From an uncultured Gemmatimonadaceae bacterium (GTDB lineage: Bacteria > Gemmatimonadota > Gemmatimonadetes > Gemmatimonadales > Gemmatimonadaceae): 64,000 bases of DNA. Below, piece by piece: positions 1 through 9,378 of the stretch. How positions within the stretch are numbered: position 1 is the stretch's first letter; each line of letters starts with the position of its first letter. The stretch lies in NCBI GenBank assembly GCA_963843845.1, contig CAWJMB010000002.1:3328001-3392000 (forward strand), given 5' to 3'. The translations under genes and the position numbers were made by a program. The notes beneath the pieces were generated by a model that saw nothing but the letters and a program-made list of their open reading frames with translations, was not told the DNA's origin and made no database searches.

Positions 1-1
1 G

Positions 2-103
2 CTCTACGGCATCGACCTGCCGGACGCGGTGCTGAAGAAGGTGTACTACGCGAACGTCCTGCGCATCACGAGCCGACTGCCGCAGACCGGCTGGCCGCGC
101 TAG
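2..103 (+). CDS. 3' end of probable amidohydrolase-family protein (partial)
   Basis: Frame 2 reads LYGIDLPDAVLKKVYYANVLRITSRLPQTGWPR*, resembling the usual C-terminus of Amidohydro_2 proteins. Only 33 codons are visible. Confidence 0.55.
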   Translation, partial: LYGIDLPDAVLKKVYYANVLRITSRLPQTGWPR

Positions 104-149
104 CGACACTCGCGGCGCCCGCGGCGATCGCGCGCGGTCATATTCCGGC

Positions 150-938
150 ATGCTACAGGTCGCGGATCTTCGGAAGAGCTACGACGGCACGCCGGCGGTG
201 CGCGGGCTCTCGTTCGCCGTGCCCGCCGGCGAAGTGTTGGGCCTCGTCGGCCCGAACGGCGCGGGGAAGACGACGACGCTCCGCTGTCTGGCCGGCATCC
301 TGCGCCCGAACGCGGGGCGCGTCGTCGTCGGCGGCATCGACGTCGCCGCCGACCCGGTCGCGGCGAAGCGCAAGCTCGCCTTCGTGCCCGACGAGCCGCA
401 CCTGTTCGAGTACCTGACGGTCGAGGAGCATCTGCGCTTCGTCGCGCGACTCTACCAGGTCCCGAACGCCGAGTCGCGGTTCGCGCCGCTGCTCGACGAG
501 CTGGAGCTGACGGCGAAGCGGCGCGCGCTCCCCGACGAGCTGTCGCGCGGCATGAAGCAGAAGCTCGCGATCGCCTGTGCGCTGCTGCACGACCCCGAAC
601 TGCTCCTGCTCGACGAGCCGCTCACGGGGCTCGATCCGGTCGGCATTCGCCGCATGAAGGCGACGATCGCGGCGCGTGCCGGGAGCGGCACGTCGATCGT
701 GCTCAGCTCGCACCTGCTGCACCTCGTCGAGCAGCTGTGCACGCGGCTGCTCGTGGTGCGGCAGGGGCGGATGGTCGCGTACGGCACGGTCGAGGACATC
801 GTGGCCGAACGCCCCGCCCTGGCGGGGCTCGCCCTCGAAGAGCTGTTCGTCGCGCTCACCGAGCCCGACGCGACCGACGTGCTCGCGGCGACGACGCTGT
901 CGCCGGCGACGTCTTCGCCAGCGCCGCCCGCCGCCTGA
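150..938 (+). CDS. ABC transporter ATP-binding protein (DrrA/CcmA-like exporter type)
   Basis: Walker A GPNGAGKT, signature LSRGMKQK, Walker B LLLLDEP, H-loop SSH. Confidence 0.95.
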   Translation: MLQVADLRKSYDGTPAVRGLSFAVPAGEVLGLVGPNGAGKTTTLRCLAGILRPNAGRVVVGGIDVAADPVAAKRKLAFVPDEPHLFEYLTVEEHLRFVARLYQVPNAESRFAPLLDELELTAKRRALPDELSRGMKQKLAIACALLHDPELLLLDEPLTGLDPVGIRRMKATIAARAGSGTSIVLSSHLLHLVEQLCTRLLVVRQGRMVAYGTVEDIVAERPALAGLALEELFVALTEPDATDVLAATTLSPATSSPAPPAA

Positions 939-943
939 CGGTC

Positions 944-2674
944 GTGACCTCGGCGCTCGTCTATCTCGCGGCCGCGTCGCTCCGCAACCGGACGCGGCGT
1001 CAGCTGCTGCGCCTTCGCTCGCCGCGCTACCTCGTCGCGCTGCTCGCCGGCGGCGCGTACATGTGGTGGTTCCTGCTCCGCCCCGCGCAGCGGGGGGGCG
1101 CCGCGGCGATGCTCGACGACGCCTGGGCGCTGCGCCTCGCGTCGCTCGGCTTCGCGCTGCTCGCGGCGAAGTGGTGGGTCGTCGGCGCCGACGAGCGCGC
1201 CCTCGCGTTCACGCCGGCCGAGCTGCACCTGCTCTTTCCGGCGCCGATCACGCGACGCGCGCTCGTCGCGACGAAGTTGGTGCGCGCGCAACTGCTCATC
1301 CTCGTCAACACCGTCGTCTGGTCGGTGCTGCTGCGCGGCGACGGCCTGCACCTCTCGGCGTGGCGGCGCGCGCTGGGGCTGTGGATCCTCTTCTCCACGC
1401 TCTACCTGCACCGACTCGGCGCCGCCCTCACGATGGCGAGCATCAGGCGGCACGGCGGCGCGGGGCGGCGGCGCCAGCTCCTGCCGGCGCTCGTCGTCGG
1501 CGGCGCGGCAGCCGCGCTGCTCTACGCGATGACCCAGGCGGGGCCGGCGGTGGGCAGGGCGTGGACGTTCGGGCCGCTGTCGACGCTGCGCGTGTTGGGC
1601 CAGCAGCTCGACGCGCCGGTGCCGCGCGTCGTGCTCGCGCCGTTCCGCGCGCTGCTCGGGCCGGCGCTCGCGGTGGACGCGACGGCGTGGCTGCGGACGG
1701 TCGGCGTCGCGCTGGCGCTGCTCGCGCTGCACGCGCTCTGGGTGCTGCGCACCGACGCCGCGTTCGAGGAGGCCGCCGTCGAGGCCTCGGAGCGGCTCGC
1801 CGTCGCGCGCGAGGCACGGGCGCGCCGCTCGACGATCGAGCCGGCGACGACGACCAGCGGATCGGGCGTGCGGCGCCGCCGCACCATTCCGCTGCGCTCG
1901 ACGGGTCTGCCGGCGGTCGCCATCCTCTGGAAGAACGCGATCGCCGCGCTCCGCGCCGGGACGCTCGTGCGCCAGCTCGTCCTGTTGGGCGGGCTCGCGG
2001 TGGCGGTGTTCCTGCTCTCGGTGCGCGACGAGCGCGTCGCCGAGGTCGCGACGATCGTCGCCGCCGTGTGGGGGGCGATGCTCGTGCTCGCCGGCCCGCT
2101 CTGGGTGCGCTTCGACCTGCGACAGGATATGCCGAACCTCGCGATCCTGCGCGCGTGGCCGCTCAGCGGGCGGCAGATCGTCGCCGCGCAGATCGCCGCG
2201 TCGACGGCGGCGCTCACGGTGTTTCAGTATCTGCTGATCGGCGCCCTGCTCGCGGCGAGTGCGTTAGGCAGGGTGCCGCTCGCGGTGCACGATCGGGTCG
2301 CGTTCGCGGCGGCGGCGGCGCTCGCGCTGCCGGGGATCAACGCGGCGAACCTCACGGTGCAGAACGCGGCCGTGCTGCTGCTTCCCGGCTGGGTGCGCAC
2401 GGGCGGCGGCGCGCGCGGCGTCGAGGCCATGGGGCAGAGCCTCGTGTCGATCGGGATCGCGCTCGCGATTCTCTCCGTGTTGCTCGCTGCGCCGGCGGCA
2501 CTCGCGTGGGGCGCCGTGCTCGCGATGCATGCCGCATCGGTGCAGTCGGTCGGAACGACGTGGGTCTTCGTCCCCGCGGCCGCGGTGGGCACCCTCGCCG
2601 CCGCGGTCGAGCTGGTGCCGATCCTGACGTGGCTCGGTCACGTGTTCGAGCGCACGGAGCCGACGACGGTGTGA
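944..2674 (+). CDS. putative ABC exporter membrane protein
   Basis: GTG start 5 nt after the ATPase stop. Many hydrophobic helices; FTPAELHLLFPAPITRR and LWKN motifs typical of putative ABC exporter membrane domains. Confidence 0.8.
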   Translation: MTSALVYLAAASLRNRTRRQLLRLRSPRYLVALLAGGAYMWWFLLRPAQRGGAAAMLDDAWALRLASLGFALLAAKWWVVGADERALAFTPAELHLLFPAPITRRALVATKLVRAQLLILVNTVVWSVLLRGDGLHLSAWRRALGLWILFSTLYLHRLGAALTMASIRRHGGAGRRRQLLPALVVGGAAAALLYAMTQAGPAVGRAWTFGPLSTLRVLGQQLDAPVPRVVLAPFRALLGPALAVDATAWLRTVGVALALLALHALWVLRTDAAFEEAAVEASERLAVAREARARRSTIEPATTTSGSGVRRRRTIPLRSTGLPAVAILWKNAIAALRAGTLVRQLVLLGGLAVAVFLLSVRDERVAEVATIVAAVWGAMLVLAGPLWVRFDLRQDMPNLAILRAWPLSGRQIVAAQIAASTAALTVFQYLLIGALLAASALGRVPLAVHDRVAFAAAAALALPGINAANLTVQNAAVLLLPGWVRTGGGARGVEAMGQSLVSIGIALAILSVLLAAPAALAWGAVLAMHAASVQSVGTTWVFVPAAAVGTLAAAVELVPILTWLGHVFERTEPTTV

Positions 2675-2809
2675 CGAGCGTGCGGTGATCGTCGCGACCA
2701 TTCCGAGCCGGCGACTCGCTGACGCGTTCGCCGGCTCCTGCCGCGGCGAGGGAGGCGAGACGCCGGCGTCGCATCGTGCCACCGAGCCGCGGATCAACAC
2801 GACGCGGCC

Positions 2810-2840
2810 GATCGCGCCGATCGCTCGGATCGGCGCGATC
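2810..2840. terminator. hairpin between convergent genes
   Basis: gatcgcgccgatc-gctcg-gatcggcgcgatc is a perfect 13-bp stem; no U-tract. Confidence 0.45.
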
Positions 2841-2857
2841 ACCTCAGCGCGGCGCCG

Positions 2858-3082
2858 TCAGTGCGGCCGGTCCGGATCGAGCTTGCGCTGCACCTCGCCG
2901 ATCTTGTCCTGCACCTTCCCCTTCAGCTGATCGGCCTTCCCCTCGGCCTGCAGGCTCTTGTCGCCGGTGAGCCCGCCCACGGCATCCTTGATGTGCCCCT
3001 TCACGTGGTCGGCCTTGCCTTCGGCCGAGTTCTCGACGCCGCGCTCGGTGAGCGAGCGATCGTCCCCTGGATGATCCGCCAT
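2858..3082 (-). CDS. csbD: CsbD family general stress protein
   Basis: 74 aa with GKADHVKGHIKDAVGGLTGDKSLQAEGKADQLKGKVQDKIG; strong RBS AGGAGG upstream. Confidence 0.9.
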   Translation of the reverse strand: MADHPGDDRSLTERGVENSAEGKADHVKGHIKDAVGGLTGDKSLQAEGKADQLKGKVQDKIGEVQRKLDPDRPH

Positions 3083-3250
3083 GCGCTGTAGCCTCCTGAA
3101 GTGCCGGCGCCGGCGAGAACGTCGCGGTCCCCGCGCGCCGAACGTGGACCCCGTCACATGGCAAACCTCGGTCCGCCGACGCCCGCGCGTGGCTATCTTT
3201 CGACCCGACCATCGCCTCACCGCACCGACGTTCCCGCTGCAATCGCCGCC

Positions 3251-3859
3251 ATGCCCGACGCGTACGATCCCGACGCAGACGACGAGTTCGAGCCCGACGA
3301 CGCCGACCCGACCGGCGACGACGGAGACGACGAGGACGGGAGCGCGCGCCCCGCAGTGTTCGTGACGACGTCGCAGTCCGTGCCCATCCGCGTCGACCGC
3401 ATCGACGACGAGCGCGCGCCGGGGGGGATGGCGCTCGCGTCGTACATCGAAGACCGCCTGATCGCGCGCAGCGCGATGGACGCCGAGTCGATCGACCGGC
3501 TGCTCGCCCTCGGGCTGTTCAACGAGCCGGTGCCGCTCGGGCTGTTCGCCTACGAGGAGGAGCCGGGGCTGCAGTGCCGGCTGTTCGCGCTCGTGCGCTC
3601 GGATGCGCTCCGCGAAGCGGCGAACGCCGACGAACCGTGGAAGGCGAGCGTGCCGAGCTTCGAGGACCGCGAGGACGACGAGAACGGCCCGTCCGTGGAG
3701 ACGATCCTCCTCGGCCACATCGTCCGCTTCGCGGGGGACCGGCAACACCCCGACGACCTCGCGGCGGAGGCCGTCGACATCCTCCAGCGGATCCTCGTCG
3801 GCGGGCCCCTCGCCGACGCGAGTCAGAAGGCGATCGACGACCTGCTCAACAACCTCTGA
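3251..3859 (+). CDS. acidic hypothetical protein
   Basis: 202 aa, coding-like codon pattern, D/E-rich N-terminus. No family recognised. Confidence 0.75.
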   Translation: MPDAYDPDADDEFEPDDADPTGDDGDDEDGSARPAVFVTTSQSVPIRVDRIDDERAPGGMALASYIEDRLIARSAMDAESIDRLLALGLFNEPVPLGLFAYEEEPGLQCRLFALVRSDALREAANADEPWKASVPSFEDREDDENGPSVETILLGHIVRFAGDRQHPDDLAAEAVDILQRILVGGPLADASQKAIDDLLNNL

Positions 3860-3860
3860 A

Positions 3861-3888
3861 CGAACGGCGGCCTCTCGGCCGCCGTTCG
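3861..3888. terminator. probable bidirectional terminator hairpin
   Basis: cgaacggcggcc-tctc-ggccgccgttcg is a perfect 12-bp stem between convergent stops at 3859 and 3896. Confidence 0.7.
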
Positions 3889-3895
3889 GCCGTCG

Positions 3896-4129
3896 TCACG
3901 CCGCCCTGCGCTGCGACTGGGGCCGCCAGAGGCCGTCGCCGAACGCGGCGCGCACGTACTCGTAGCGTGCCGGCGGGAACCCTTCGACGCCGATCTGCAG
4001 CGTCTCGCCGTCGATCACCGACGAGTGCTCGGCGATCGCCGAGAGCGCGTCGTCGAACGAGTCCGTCTGGACCGCGCCTGCCTGCCGTACCGCGCCGTCC
4101 CGATCGATCGCGAACTTGAACCGAGGCAT
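3896..4129 (-). CDS. small hypothetical protein (77 aa)
   Basis: MPRFKFAIDRDGAVRQ... with RBS GGAGGG upstream. Confidence 0.7.
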   Translation of the reverse strand: MPRFKFAIDRDGAVRQAGAVQTDSFDDALSAIAEHSSVIDGETLQIGVEGFPPARYEYVRAAFGDGLWRPQSQRRAA

Positions 4130-4187
4130 CGTCCCCTCCGCTGAATTCGTCAGCCACCCGGTGCCGCATGCCACGGCGGTTCGCGAA

Positions 4188-4203
4188 TGCGAGTGCCGTG
4201 CCG
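4188..4203 (-). promoter_or_regulatory. possible sigma54 -24/-12 promoter
   Basis: Minus strand CGGCACGGCACTCGCA has GG-N10-GC spacing, upstream of the 4129 start. Confidence 0.35.
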
Positions 4204-4257
4204 ACAGATCATACACCGCGCGCGCCTAACGGTTCGCCGCGTGTCCGCCCGCATCCG

Positions 4258-6873
4258 CTACGGGTTCAGCCAGTACGACACCTTCACGAGCAGCGTGTTG
4301 TTCGGGTGCAGCGACAGCAGCTCCCGCGCGTCGCTCCCGACGTCGAAGCGCGACGCGACCGGCAGGTACGCCTCGCGACCGTGCTGCCAGACGAGGAACA
4401 GCACGGAGCCCGGCCGGTACTCCCACCGCGCCACCGCGTTGGCGCGCACCTGCTTGAAATCGAAGCCCCCCGGGTCGCGGCCGGTGCCGTACGGCACGAA
4501 CCGGTCGGCGAAGCGCGCGGCGCGCGGGTCCCCGAGCTGACGCCAGTCGCTGTACTGCCCCGTGCTCACGTACGGCGCCGCGTAGCCTTGCAGTGAGAGC
4601 GTCGGGGAGACCGTGTAGTTGAGCCGCCCCGTCAGGCTCACCGTCGACTGATCGAGCCGCGCGAAGGTGTAGTGTGTCGTGTCCGCGCCGATCGCGCCGA
4701 AGTTGCCGAGCCACTGCGCGGCGTTGATCGCGTGGTCCATGTTCACCCCGAGCGACGCGGAGAGCTGACTCGCGATGCGCACGTCGGCGCTCGGTGAGAC
4801 GGAGAAGCTGCTCGAGCGCCCTTCCTGGCCGCGCGAGCCGCCGATGAAGACGCTGGGGACGACGGAGCGGCGCCCGTCGCCGTTCCAGCCGGACCAGAAG
4901 TTCACCGACGGCGCGTTGCGGACCGCCGGCCCCCCGCGCGCGACGCGGTCGTCGTAGGTCGCGAGGAATCCGTTGTAGTTGACACCGACGTGCAGCCAGT
5001 TCGTGTTGCGGAACTGCACATGGTGATTCGTGTTCACCCCCACCGCCGTCGGCAGCCCGCCGGTCGACCACGTGGTGAACGTGTTGAAGTTCATCTGCAG
5101 GCTGCGATAGAACGGCGTCGGCCGCTGGAACTGCAGCGCGAACCAGTTGCGGAACAGCTGCTGGTCGGCGCGTGCCTGGAAGCCGAGATCGTTCGTCTCG
5201 TAGCCCGGCGAGTAGCGCTGGTAGACCGACTGGAAGCGCGTGTGTCCGCCGCCGAACTTGCTGACCGACAGCCGCTGCGCGTCGCCGCCCAACGCCGTGC
5301 GCGCCGGGTCGTAGTCGAGTCCCGCGTCGGGACGCTGGTAGCGGTGCACGCCGTCGCGCTGTAGGCCCGCGATCGCCTGCTCCGACCCCTCGACGCGGCT
5401 CGCCGAGAGCATCGCGTGGATCTCGTAGAAGCGCTTGTAGAAGCGGTGCCGGACGTCGACGCCCCCCGTGTACGCCGCGCGGCGGAGGTACGCGCCCGTC
5501 ACGTCGTCGACGTCACGGTTGACCGCGGTGACGATCGCGCCGATGCCGCTCTGCCCCTGACGCAGGTCCTGCAGCGCCCGCGCCGCGACGTAGTTCGTGC
5601 GCGGCTCGATGATCCCCCGCGCGCCGTCCTGCCGCGTCGTCACCGCGTCGAGCACGCCGAGCGACAGCCCATTGCCGAGGCGGCCCGTGAGCTTCGAGGC
5701 GCCGGCGATGCGCGTGAAGGCCGGGCTCGACGCGTCGCCGAACCGTCCGCTGAGCTGCGGGGAGCGGCCGATGCGCCGCGAGTAGAACAGCCCCGTGCAC
5801 CCGGTGTCGATGTCGTTGCACGCCGTACGGAAGTTGAAGATCCCCGCGCCCTCGAGGAAGAACGGCCGCCGCTCCTCGAAGTACTGCTCGAACGCGGAGA
5901 GGTTGAGCACCGACGGGTCCGTCTCGACCTGCCCGAAGTCCGGGTTCACCGTCGCGTCGAGCGTGAGGTTCGACGTGAGGCCGTACTTGAGGTCCGCGCC
6001 GACCGTCGCGGCGCTCGGGTGCGTGTAGCCGAGCGCGCCGCCGACGGGCGCCTGCGTCGAGCGCGTCGCGACCACGTACGGCGCGACCTCGAGGCGGCGC
6101 GGCGACGGCAGCGACGTGAGGCCGCGCAGGTCGCCGGCCTGCGACACGTAGCCCTGCCGGTCGCGGCGGAACAGCGGCCAGCTGACGCGCTCACCGGTGC
6201 GCTGGATGTCGCGCACGATGAGCAGGCCGAACGAGTGCTCCGGCACCGTCGGGAAGCGCAGCTGGCTGAACGGGATGCGGAACTCCGCGACCCAGCCCGA
6301 CGAGTCGACGTGCGCCGCGCCCTGCCACACGCCGTCCCACGTCACGTCCTCGACGTTGTCGTTGTAGACGATGAAGTCGCGCTTCACGCCGGCCGGGTTC
6401 AGGCAGAACTGGAAGGCCGTGCGGCGGTCGTGATACGAGTCGATCACGAGCTTGATCTGCTCGCTCGCCGTGCGCACGTCGCGGCGGCTGAGCAGCGACA
6501 CGATGCTGTCCGGCGCCGGGTCGTGCATGCGCACCAGCACGAACAGCGCCTTGTCGTCGTACAGCACGCGCGCCTCGGTCCTGAACCGCGTCTCCGCGCC
6601 GGGCTTCGGGTCGTACTCGAGGAACTGATCGATGATCTGCGCGTCTCGCCAGGCGACGTCGCCATCGCGCCCGTCGACGACCGGCGCCTGTGTCGTGCGC
6701 CGCGCGACGGCGGTCGTCGCGGTCGCCCGCGCAGCCATCGGGTCGTCGGGCGGCGCGACGACCGTCGTGGCGAGCGGCGCGGCGGCGGCCGGACGGGTGG
6801 CGACCTGCTGTGCGGAGAGCAGCGCCGGCGCGGCGAGCGCGACGCCGCACAGACGGAAAAGCGAGGGGCCCAT
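4258..6873 (-). CDS. exported CBM9-like sugar-binding domain + DUF5916 protein (probable outer-membrane protein)
   Basis: Signal peptide; VDGRDGDVAW and WVAEFRIPFSQLRF (CBM9-like); LTLDATVNPDFGQVE and EERRPFFLEG (DUF5916); C-terminal beta-strand VKVSYWLNP. Confidence 0.85.
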   Translation of the reverse strand: MGPSLFRLCGVALAAPALLSAQQVATRPAAAAPLATTVVAPPDDPMAARATATTAVARRTTQAPVVDGRDGDVAWRDAQIIDQFLEYDPKPGAETRFRTEARVLYDDKALFVLVRMHDPAPDSIVSLLSRRDVRTASEQIKLVIDSYHDRRTAFQFCLNPAGVKRDFIVYNDNVEDVTWDGVWQGAAHVDSSGWVAEFRIPFSQLRFPTVPEHSFGLLIVRDIQRTGERVSWPLFRRDRQGYVSQAGDLRGLTSLPSPRRLEVAPYVVATRSTQAPVGGALGYTHPSAATVGADLKYGLTSNLTLDATVNPDFGQVETDPSVLNLSAFEQYFEERRPFFLEGAGIFNFRTACNDIDTGCTGLFYSRRIGRSPQLSGRFGDASSPAFTRIAGASKLTGRLGNGLSLGVLDAVTTRQDGARGIIEPRTNYVAARALQDLRQGQSGIGAIVTAVNRDVDDVTGAYLRRAAYTGGVDVRHRFYKRFYEIHAMLSASRVEGSEQAIAGLQRDGVHRYQRPDAGLDYDPARTALGGDAQRLSVSKFGGGHTRFQSVYQRYSPGYETNDLGFQARADQQLFRNWFALQFQRPTPFYRSLQMNFNTFTTWSTGGLPTAVGVNTNHHVQFRNTNWLHVGVNYNGFLATYDDRVARGGPAVRNAPSVNFWSGWNGDGRRSVVPSVFIGGSRGQEGRSSSFSVSPSADVRIASQLSASLGVNMDHAINAAQWLGNFGAIGADTTHYTFARLDQSTVSLTGRLNYTVSPTLSLQGYAAPYVSTGQYSDWRQLGDPRAARFADRFVPYGTGRDPGGFDFKQVRANAVARWEYRPGSVLFLVWQHGREAYLPVASRFDVGSDARELLSLHPNNTLLVKVSYWLNP

Positions 6874-6938
6874 GCGTGACACCTGCGGGTGGGTGAGCGA
6901 CTCGGTCGGGGAGCGCCAGATCGACCGGTCACGGCTCC

Positions 6939-6967
6939 TTGGACGGCGAGATCGCGGAAAGGGTTTG
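6939..6967 (-). promoter_or_regulatory. putative ECF sigma promoter (copy 1)
   Basis: Minus strand CAAACC-ctttccgcgatctcgcc(17)-GTCCAA; same pattern as the site upstream of the ECF gene. Confidence 0.6.
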
Positions 6968-7024
6968 TCGGTGCGGCGCGGCCACGGTCGTGGCATTACA
7001 CTTCGATCGACCTCTCCCTCGCCT

Positions 7025-7855
7025 ATGCGCACGCTGCAGCTCGCCCCGATCTCGGGCCGGCGTGGCCTGGCGCCAGACGCTGCGCGGTGGCTCGCGACCA
7101 GTCTGGCGCTCCACCTGCTCGTGCTACTCCCGTCCCTCCTCGGCGTCGCCCCGCGGCTGACGGCGGACGAGCTCCCCACGGAACAGTTGATCTTCCTCGC
7201 GCCGCTCCTGCCGAGGAAGGTGCCGTCGGGCGACGTCGCGCAGCAGCAGGACGGCGTCAGCGGCGTGCCGATCCACTTCGGCACCTTCACCGAATCGGTG
7301 ATCGGCGCGGGCGCGGTCGCCGGCCCGATCGTCGGCCGGTCGAGCGGCACGGGGACCGTGCTCGCGACGGCGGACAGCGCCCTGCCGGTCGCCCCCGCCG
7401 CCGACTCGGCGAGCGCGGGAGACGAGAACATCTACCAGGCGGTGGACGTCGACCGCGAAGTCGCGCGCGACGCGGACGGCGCGGCGCCCATCTACCCGGA
7501 GCCGCTCCGGCTGACCGGCGTGCAGGGCGCGGCGACGGCGGAGTTCGTCGTCGACACGCTGGGCCGCGTGGAGGCGGGGTCGTTCCACATCGTCGGCGCG
7601 ACGCACCCGCTCTTCGCCGCCGCGGTACGCGACGCGTCCGCCGGCATGCGCTTCCGCCCCGCGATCCGCGCCGGGCGCGCCGTGCGGCAGCAGGTCCTGC
7701 AGAACTTCCAGTTCAAGCTCGAGGCGGCCGGGCAGACGCCGACGAGAGCCGATACCACCCGTGTGCCTTCGCCTGTCGTCCCGAGCGCAGCGACGAACGA
7801 CGGACGGTTCACCGCTTCTCGACTTTCGCCGCTCCCGGCTCGAAGCGCGCGATGA
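7025..7855 (+). CDS. energy transducer TonB family protein
   Basis: N-terminal TM with SLALHLL (SxxxH) motif; C-terminal PIYPEPLRLTGVQG..EFVVDTLGRV..RFRPA TonB_C domain. Confidence 0.85.
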   Translation: MRTLQLAPISGRRGLAPDAARWLATSLALHLLVLLPSLLGVAPRLTADELPTEQLIFLAPLLPRKVPSGDVAQQQDGVSGVPIHFGTFTESVIGAGAVAGPIVGRSSGTGTVLATADSALPVAPAADSASAGDENIYQAVDVDREVARDADGAAPIYPEPLRLTGVQGAATAEFVVDTLGRVEAGSFHIVGATHPLFAAAVRDASAGMRFRPAIRAGRAVRQQVLQNFQFKLEAAGQTPTRADTTRVPSPVVPSAATNDGRFTASRLSPLPARSAR

Positions 7856-8987
7856 GATGCACGAGCTGGCGCACCGTCTCGCCGCGGTGCATGGCGGGGA
7901 TGAAGCGCAGGCGCTCGACCGCTCGCAGCGCCGACTCCGCCAACTCGCGATCGCTCAGCGCCACGACACCGAGCGACGACCGCTCGACGGCGCCGATCGT
8001 GTCGACGACGAGCTCGATGACGACCGTCCCGCCCGTCCCCGACGCGCGCTGCGCCGCCGGATAGCCCGGCGCGAACGCGGCGCTGTCGACGACGCGGACG
8101 GGGCGATCGACGTCGCCCGGCAGGCGCACCGCGGCCGGCTCGACGACACTCGCGACGTCGTACTCGCCGACACCGCCGTCGCCGCCGCGCCGCGTCCAGA
8201 AACCCACCGCGCCGCACGACGCCGCGTCGCCGCTGTGGTACTCGATCGGGAGTGCCGAGATGTCGGGGTAGACTTCCACACCGGTGAGCGACTGCGGTGA
8301 CAGCATGTCGATGTCGAAGCCGCGCGTTCCGGTCGAGGTGCCGTCGATGAACACCGTGGCGTAACAGGTCGCGCCGCGCATCCGCACGTAGTTCCCCGCC
8401 CCCGCCGAGACGAGCGTGACACCGCGCATGCCGCGGAGCAGGATCGACGTGCGGTTCGGCGCCAGCCGCGCGATCTGCTCGCGCGTCAGGAACTGGCCGC
8501 GGCGCAGGCGCAGATGGCGGAAGAACATCGCGTCGCGTCCGACGTACTCGCTCCCCTCCCGCACGACGGCCGCGAGCGTCGGCGTCACGGTCGGCGTCAG
8601 CGCGACGGTCGCGACGTGCATCGTGCGACGGCCGTGCGAGACCGAGGCGGCCGGCGCGACGACCTGCCCCTCGCGAAAGCCGCGGCGCCGCACGACGAGC
8701 AGGCTGCTGTCGCGAACCGGGAGCGTGAACTGGTACTCACCGTCGGTGTTGGTCGTCGCGGCGATGCTCGTGTCCGCGCCGCCGTTCGCACCGACGAGCC
8801 AGACCGTCGCGCCGACGACGCCCGCGCCGTCCGCGAGTCGGACGGCACCGCGCACGGTCGTCCGCGGCGCCGGCTGGGCCAGCAGTGGTGCGGCGAGTGG
8901 CGCGGCGAGTGGCGCGGCGAGTGCGATCCGCGCGACCGACGTCCAGCGAACGAGGCACCGCACGGACGGGGAGACGGCGAGCGGCAT
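7809..8987 (-). CDS. exported carboxypeptidase-regulatory-like + TonB-receptor plug-like + TonB_C domain protein
   Basis: Signal peptide; VRGAVR..VVGATV..TNTDGEY; LTREQI..LLRGMRGV..VFIDG..GVEVY..CGAVGFWTR; PGYPAAQRASGTGGTVVIELVVDTIGAV..RFIPA. Overlaps the convergent tonB-like gene by 47 bp. Confidence 0.75.
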   Translation of the reverse strand: MPLAVSPSVRCLVRWTSVARIALAAPLAAPLAAPLLAQPAPRTTVRGAVRLADGAGVVGATVWLVGANGGADTSIAATTNTDGEYQFTLPVRDSSLLVVRRRGFREGQVVAPAASVSHGRRTMHVATVALTPTVTPTLAAVVREGSEYVGRDAMFFRHLRLRRGQFLTREQIARLAPNRTSILLRGMRGVTLVSAGAGNYVRMRGATCYATVFIDGTSTGTRGFDIDMLSPQSLTGVEVYPDISALPIEYHSGDAASCGAVGFWTRRGGDGGVGEYDVASVVEPAAVRLPGDVDRPVRVVDSAAFAPGYPAAQRASGTGGTVVIELVVDTIGAVERSSLGVVALSDRELAESALRAVERLRFIPAMHRGETVRQLVHLIARFEPGAAKVEKR

Positions 8988-9104
8988 GGACGGCAGGACG
9001 GGGGGGGAGAGGCGCTCGCTACGGGGACCCCGGGTCCGGCCTGGACGCCACTCGGGCCGGCGTCGGCGCCGCCGGCGCACGCGGCGTCGGCACCCCTCCT
9101 CCGG

Positions 9105-9377
9105 TCACCCGTTCGGCGTCACCGCCGGCGGCCCGGCCACGTCGCGCACGACGACGATCTTGTAGTTCGCCGCGAGCGCCGCGATCCCGCCGAGCGCCGC
9201 CCACACCGGCAGCAGCGCCGCGCCGACGAGGCCAGCCGAGAGCGGAAGGTCGAGGATCGTGCGCCCGCTCGCGTTCTGCACCATCACGCGGCGCACGTTC
9301 CCCTCGCGGAGGATCGTCTTGAGCGTCGCCTTCAGCTTGCCGCCGGCGACGGAGATCTCTTCGGTATAGGTCGACAT
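9105..9377 (-). CDS. DUF4342 domain protein
   Basis: LKTILREGNVRRVMVQNASGRTILDLPLSAGLVGAALLPVWAALG pattern. Confidence 0.85.
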   Translation of the reverse strand: MSTYTEEISVAGGKLKATLKTILREGNVRRVMVQNASGRTILDLPLSAGLVGAALLPVWAALGGIAALAANYKIVVVRDVAGPPAVTPNG

Positions 9378-9378
9378 G

